NCBI GenBank assembly: GCA_964199315.1
Contig: OZ116698.1
Coordinates: 24,924,001 to 24,988,000 of the forward strand
Direction: 5' to 3'
DNA from: Orbicella franksi
Lineage: Eukaryota
Length of the DNA stretch: 64,000 nucleotides
Within the stretch, counting starts at the first letter, position 1. Every line of letters starts with the position of its first letter. Under the pieces are notes generated by a model. It had not been told where the DNA came from, made no database searches, and saw nothing but the letters and a program-made list of their open reading frames with translations. The translations under genes were made by a program, and so were the position numbers. Of this stretch, positions 60,801 through 64,000 are shown piece by piece.

Positions 60801-63186
60801 AGCCTTTCTCATTGGTTGTTTCTTAGTCACACTGCACTAACTTAATTTTTTCTATCACCTAGTAATAGGAAAATAGCGCATCGTTGGGGAAAAAAAAAAC
60901 TGTTTCTATTGGGATGAACGAGTGGTTAGTGTGAGTAAGTGAAGTATTTTTTAAATTTCATTTTCTTGGTATTCTTGTTTTGAACAGAGCTGTCCAGTGT
61001 AGACCTGGCTTCTCTTGTCTTTGGAAACTAATTGGTGATTGCTGTACAGTTATTCACCCAGTATCTGATAGCTCCATTAGGTGAGATAACATTAGAGGGT
61101 AACGTTCTGGGTGCACATCTCTGGGCAAGGATTCTTTGGTTCCTTTGATGCACGATGACCCAAGTGGTCGTGGATCTTTGATTCTGATCCTGATCATCCC
61201 AAAGGAACGCACCCTAGGACGATGATTATTACTTAAAGAAATAGCAAACATTTTCTATATCTCTACCGAGTTATGGAAACACAATTAGCTACAGTTGAAG
61301 GTTTAGAAGAATGAGAAATACTTTGGAACATGAGCCAACCACAGGCAAAGGTTTCCGTAGCTTATTTTCGAGTTCTACAAACGTTTGACTAGCGTTTCTA
61401 ATAACTTGAGGGCATCACCAGAAATATTTTCTATTTCTTTTACAAAGACTTGAGAAAGTGAAAGTGAAAAATCACTTAGCTTCACTTTTTTATTTCGATT
61501 ATCAAAATGTAAATTATCTTTGCTCACACCATCATTACGATATTGGGCTACAGCTTGTGTTATGTGCTTTATTACAGAATTTTACAGGTTGTCACTTTGG
61601 CTGTAGACTGCGAGCAGTCTCTCTTTTCCTCGAAAATCCGTGGGGAAGAACGGAAACAAGTAAGCGTGCGAGCGTGACTGTGAGCGTGACGTGCGAGCGG
61701 CGATGCCACGAGCTGCTCGCTGCGAGCCGTCAAGCTCACAGTCACGTTCGCACGCTTACTTGTTTTGCGTTCTTCCCCACGGATTTTCGAGGAAAAGAGA
61801 GACTACTCGCAGTCAACTTTGGCTGAAGATAGTGGCAGATTGTGGTTACGTCTGGTCAAGTCACTATAAATGATTGATTCGGGCACTTGTATGCAACGTC
61901 GTCCGAAGTATTAATATGGTGTTTGTTCTACAGAGGGACAATTCCAGACAATCTCAAGAAGTACATTCATGGAGAGCACAGTGATCTGGACAAGAAACAG
62001 CTTCTCGCTTTGGGATCCAGGTTAGTATTGATACTGACTTCTGCTTTGAAAGTCTTGGTCATGCTGTGTGTTTAGTTATTGTTTGAACAGTAATTAATTT
62101 GATGCTATTGTTCCTTGCACTGTAGTGCTTATGGAAGAGCGCTGAAGCTACAGCCAGAATGTGGAAGTCTGTGGGGGGATTTAGGGTTCAACTGTTTTCA
62201 GCAGTCTAAGGTAGGTCAAATACCAGTACCGTTCATCATAAAATACTCAGAAATCAAAGACAAATTCTGAGGTTTCCCAGTGCACCGAGGGTTGAAATGC
62301 CTACCCACTAAAATAAGAGAGGTTTTATGACTATATGTAAGGACCACTAATTCTGTACATTTATGCATTCTGTAGTGGAGTTTCCAACTTTTTTCTTCTT
62401 TTCTTGTAGATTTTGGAAGGCGATGAGAAAGAAAAGATGGCTCATAGATCTGTACAGGTGTGGAATGAAATTTGTCTTTGAAAGTTGGTCCCTGTTTTTC
62501 GGGATTCTTCCGAGGTCAAAGTGCTACTATGATCAAAAAATTCACTTCCCTTTTTCCTTCAGATTTTAAAAGAGTGTTTGTTCGACACCTGACTGGCAAA
62601 ATCTTGAGCTTCGAATTTTATCCAAAGGCTTTTTTCTTTGAGTGCAAGTTTAGGATTTCACGGTCCGCACTTTCACATTCAAGACTGATCGATTGGATTT
62701 CAGAGGGTTGGATCGAGGATAAGATGACGTTAAAGACTCACTAGCTTAAAATTACAGCGTGTAAACGCAGCTTATTGTACATGCAAAACACGAGTTTAAA
62801 AGTCTGAAAGTTCGAAACTCCCGAGCTGCATATTAATTTAGGCGCGTGCACACGCATTGCATTTTCAAACAAGTGAGTCTTTGACGTCATCTTATCCTCG
62901 ATCCAGCTCTCTTTAGATTTTAAAGTTAGTAATGGCGGGCCATTAATTAGGAAAATTTCAGTCAAAATAAACAGGTGTCTTTTTGAAATGAAGGCTTAAA
63001 ACTTCGGTCACCTAGTGGTTCAGTTAGATAGTTTTGAAATACAAAGAAAAAGTAGAATTGAGTTTTGGTCACAGTAGCACTTTAAGATTGATTTTAAAAT
63101 TGATGTTACGGAAAGTTTACTGGCCCTCCCGGGGGGGGGGGGGGGTTACTTTGGGAATTTCTGGGTGGGGATGTGCCGCTGGGACC

Positions 63187-63217
<31 letters not shown>

Positions 63218-63404
63218 CAGTTGAATTTTGCTATCCTATATTAGAGTAAACTCCCCAAATCCCCCCATCTATCGTCACTGTTGAGGCTGATTTGCATAAA
63301 TTTAAACTTGCCGATTTGATTTTTTTTATATATTCCCCAATTCCTGGTTTCCTTAGTTTAGATAAAATCTTCAACCAACTAGTCAGTTTTGTGAAATATT
63401 ATAC

Positions 63405-63443
<39 letters not shown>

Positions 63444-63964
63444 CCTACAGTAAACTGCTTGAAAACCATACCCTTCACAGCGGCACATACCTGTATAGCC
63501 CATATATAGTCCATATGGAGGGCTGATGTTTTTGCTTTGTATCCACACCTCGAGGCACATCATGACAGTCACATGAGATAGAAGTCATTACAAAAAGGCA
63601 TGGCAAAATACAGCCTAACGACACATCAGGAACATTACGTGAATAAATTTGTCGCATTACTCTATATTGCCAATCTGCTTTATTTGTTTCATGTATCAAT
63701 TTGCTTCCCCAGGCCTTGAAGAAAGCAATAACCCTGCAGCCATCCAATCATAAACTGTGGAACAGCCTCGGAGTAGTGACAGCTTCTAAGGGTAATGGTG
63801 CTAGTATAATGTTGCATGGACACTTGTCAAGTTTGCCTTGGCCAGTCAATTATTTTTAATCATTTGAACTCAATTTTTTTTATAATTTTGTTTTTGCTGC
63901 AGAAGTCAACAATCCAGATCTCGCACAGCACTCATTTATCATGTCCCTCAAGACTGAACCCAAT
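43393..63964 (+). CDS. SKIC3: SKI3 subunit of the superkiller complex (TTC37), first 862 codons; continues beyond the window
   Basis: 31 phase-consistent exons: 43393-43482, 44607-44750, 46142-46233, 47769-47841, 48519-48611, 48747-48776, 49293-49400, 50171-50312, 51350-51484, 52057-52158, 52500-52560, 53147-53219, 53303-53398, 54039-54095, 54290-54336, 54498-54624, 55570-55649, 56221-56320, 56806-56858, 57446-57517, 58007-58042, 58130-58214, 59834-59865, 60102-60202, 60424-60526, 60988-61080, 61934-62020, 62126-62210, 62410-62457, 63713-63791, 63903-63964. Recognised motifs [72 protein letters not shown] follow the order of vertebrate TTC37. Confidence 0.95.
43854..43926 (+). tRNA. tRNA-Thr(GGT)-like cloverleaf within the retroposon; probably not a translational tRNA gene
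   Basis: Acceptor GGCTTCA/TGAAGCC, D arm GCTC/GAGC, anticodon arm TCGCA-CCGGTAT-TGCGG, T arm ACGGG-TTCGAAT-CCCGT, intact A and B boxes, T7 run downstream; C instead of U at position 33. Confidence 0.45.
44106..44178 (+). tRNA. Second tRNA-Thr(GGT)-like copy, weaker anticodon stem
   Basis: Same as 43854-43926 except TTGCA/CGCGG anticodon stem with an A-C mismatch. Confidence 0.35.
44808..45420. mobile_element. TTAA-targeting MITE (Kolobok-like), decayed right end
   Basis: TTAA|AGGAGAAGGTCACTCCAAAA ... TTTTGGAGTGACCCTCTCCCAT|ATAA. Confidence 0.7.
46898..47454. mobile_element. Tigger/pogo-like MITE
   Basis: TA|CAGTAGAACCCCGGTAACTC ... GAGTTACTGGGGTTCTAATG|TA; internal repeats of CCCCGCTAACTCGAA. 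Confidence 0.85.
50465..50678 (-). mobile_element. tRNA-derived V-domain-like SINE
   Basis: Plus-strand GGAGGGAGGAAAACCGGAGAACCTGGAGAAAAACCC and GAATTGAACCTGGG correspond to the V domain and B box on the minus strand. Confidence 0.65.
53500..53765 (+). mobile_element. Degenerate copy of the CORE-like SINE
   Basis: CAGGGTCATTGTGTCG...GGGCAAGACAGGTTACTCTCACA and GGGGAGTAGAAAAATCCCTAGTTGCTTCAT match 39144-39398. Confidence 0.55.
56511..56662. mobile_element. Short CAGGCC...TTGAACAAC MITE
   Basis: CCAGGCCTCAGTTGTTCAAAGG / CCTTTTGAACAACCTGGGCC ends; internal GGATA/TATCC repeats. Confidence 0.7.
57546..57668 (-). mobile_element. 3' fragment of the tRNA-like repeat subfamily of 35503-35708
   Basis: The reverse complement aligns to 35600-35700, including the CGCAACT-GCTTA-AGTCGTG hairpin. 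Confidence 0.65.
58620..59174. mobile_element. Almost fully palindromic TTAA-targeting MITE (Kolobok-like)
   Basis: TTGA|AGTGCCACTATGAT ... ATCATAGTGGCACT|TTAA; arms pair along most of the length (e.g. CCTTGTTCCAAGTCTTGGTTGA / TCAACCAAGACTTGGAACAAGG). Confidence 0.85.
59175..59470. repeat. Hairpin element family C (AAGCAAT.GACC...GGTCTATTGCTT ends plus asymmetric tail)
   Basis: 190-nt hairpin 59177-59361 with TGGTTTA-N8-TAAACCA sites at 59200-59221 and 59317-59338. Confidence 0.75.
61604..61816. mobile_element. Palindromic MITE with TAGACTGCGAG ends
   Basis: TAGACTGCGAGCAGTCTCTCTTTTCCTCGAAAATCCGTGGGGAAGAA / TTCTTCCCCACGGATTTTCGAGGAAAAGAGAGACTACTCGCAGTCAA. Confidence 0.8.
62520..63081. mobile_element. 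TTAA-targeting MITE related to 58620-59174
   Basis: TCAA|AGTGCTACTATGATCAAAA ... TTTTGGTCACAGTAGCACT|TTAA; internal inverted pair at ~62703-62742 / ~62872-62912. Confidence 0.8.
63128..63520. repeat. Interspersed repeat starting CCCGGGGGGG..., probably a MITE with a decayed right end
   Basis: G-run start and repeated TATACCCTAT blocks; ends not confirmed. Confidence 0.4.
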
Positions 63965-64000
63965 GTAAGTGTTTACTGAGCAAATTTCTTTTTTTTAAGC

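Overview
AT-rich, intron-rich animal genomic DNA. The repeat content and secreted TSP1 genes suggest a cnidarian, probably a scleractinian coral (inference). I assembled five gene models by hand from GT-AG sites and frame consistency. In order: (1) first exon of a secreted TSP1+EGF gene at the left edge (minus strand, missed by the ORF track); (2) its tandem paralog, a 16-exon gene for a ~989-aa secreted protein with 16 TSP1 repeats, one per exon (minus); (3) a 2-exon mTERF-family gene (plus); (4) a 6-exon M6PR/ATG27-like type I membrane receptor (plus); (5) the first 31 exons of SKIC3/TTC37 (plus, runs off the window). Introns are packed with non-autonomous mobile elements: TTAA-, TA-, TTA-, 5-bp- and 8-bp-TSD MITEs, SINEs, LINE tails, a 2.6-kb foldback and several TSD-less hairpin elements. 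The most unusual object is a 510-bp insertion in SKIC3 intron 1: a tandem 252-bp unit carrying an intact tRNA-Thr(GGT)-like cloverleaf, with an inverted 5' segment and a 12-bp TSD. A diverged relative elsewhere in the window shows compensatory base changes. All coordinates were read by eye; repeat boundaries may be off by a few nt, family names are inferences, and no database search was run. Most short ORFs in the supplied track are shadow or repeat-derived.
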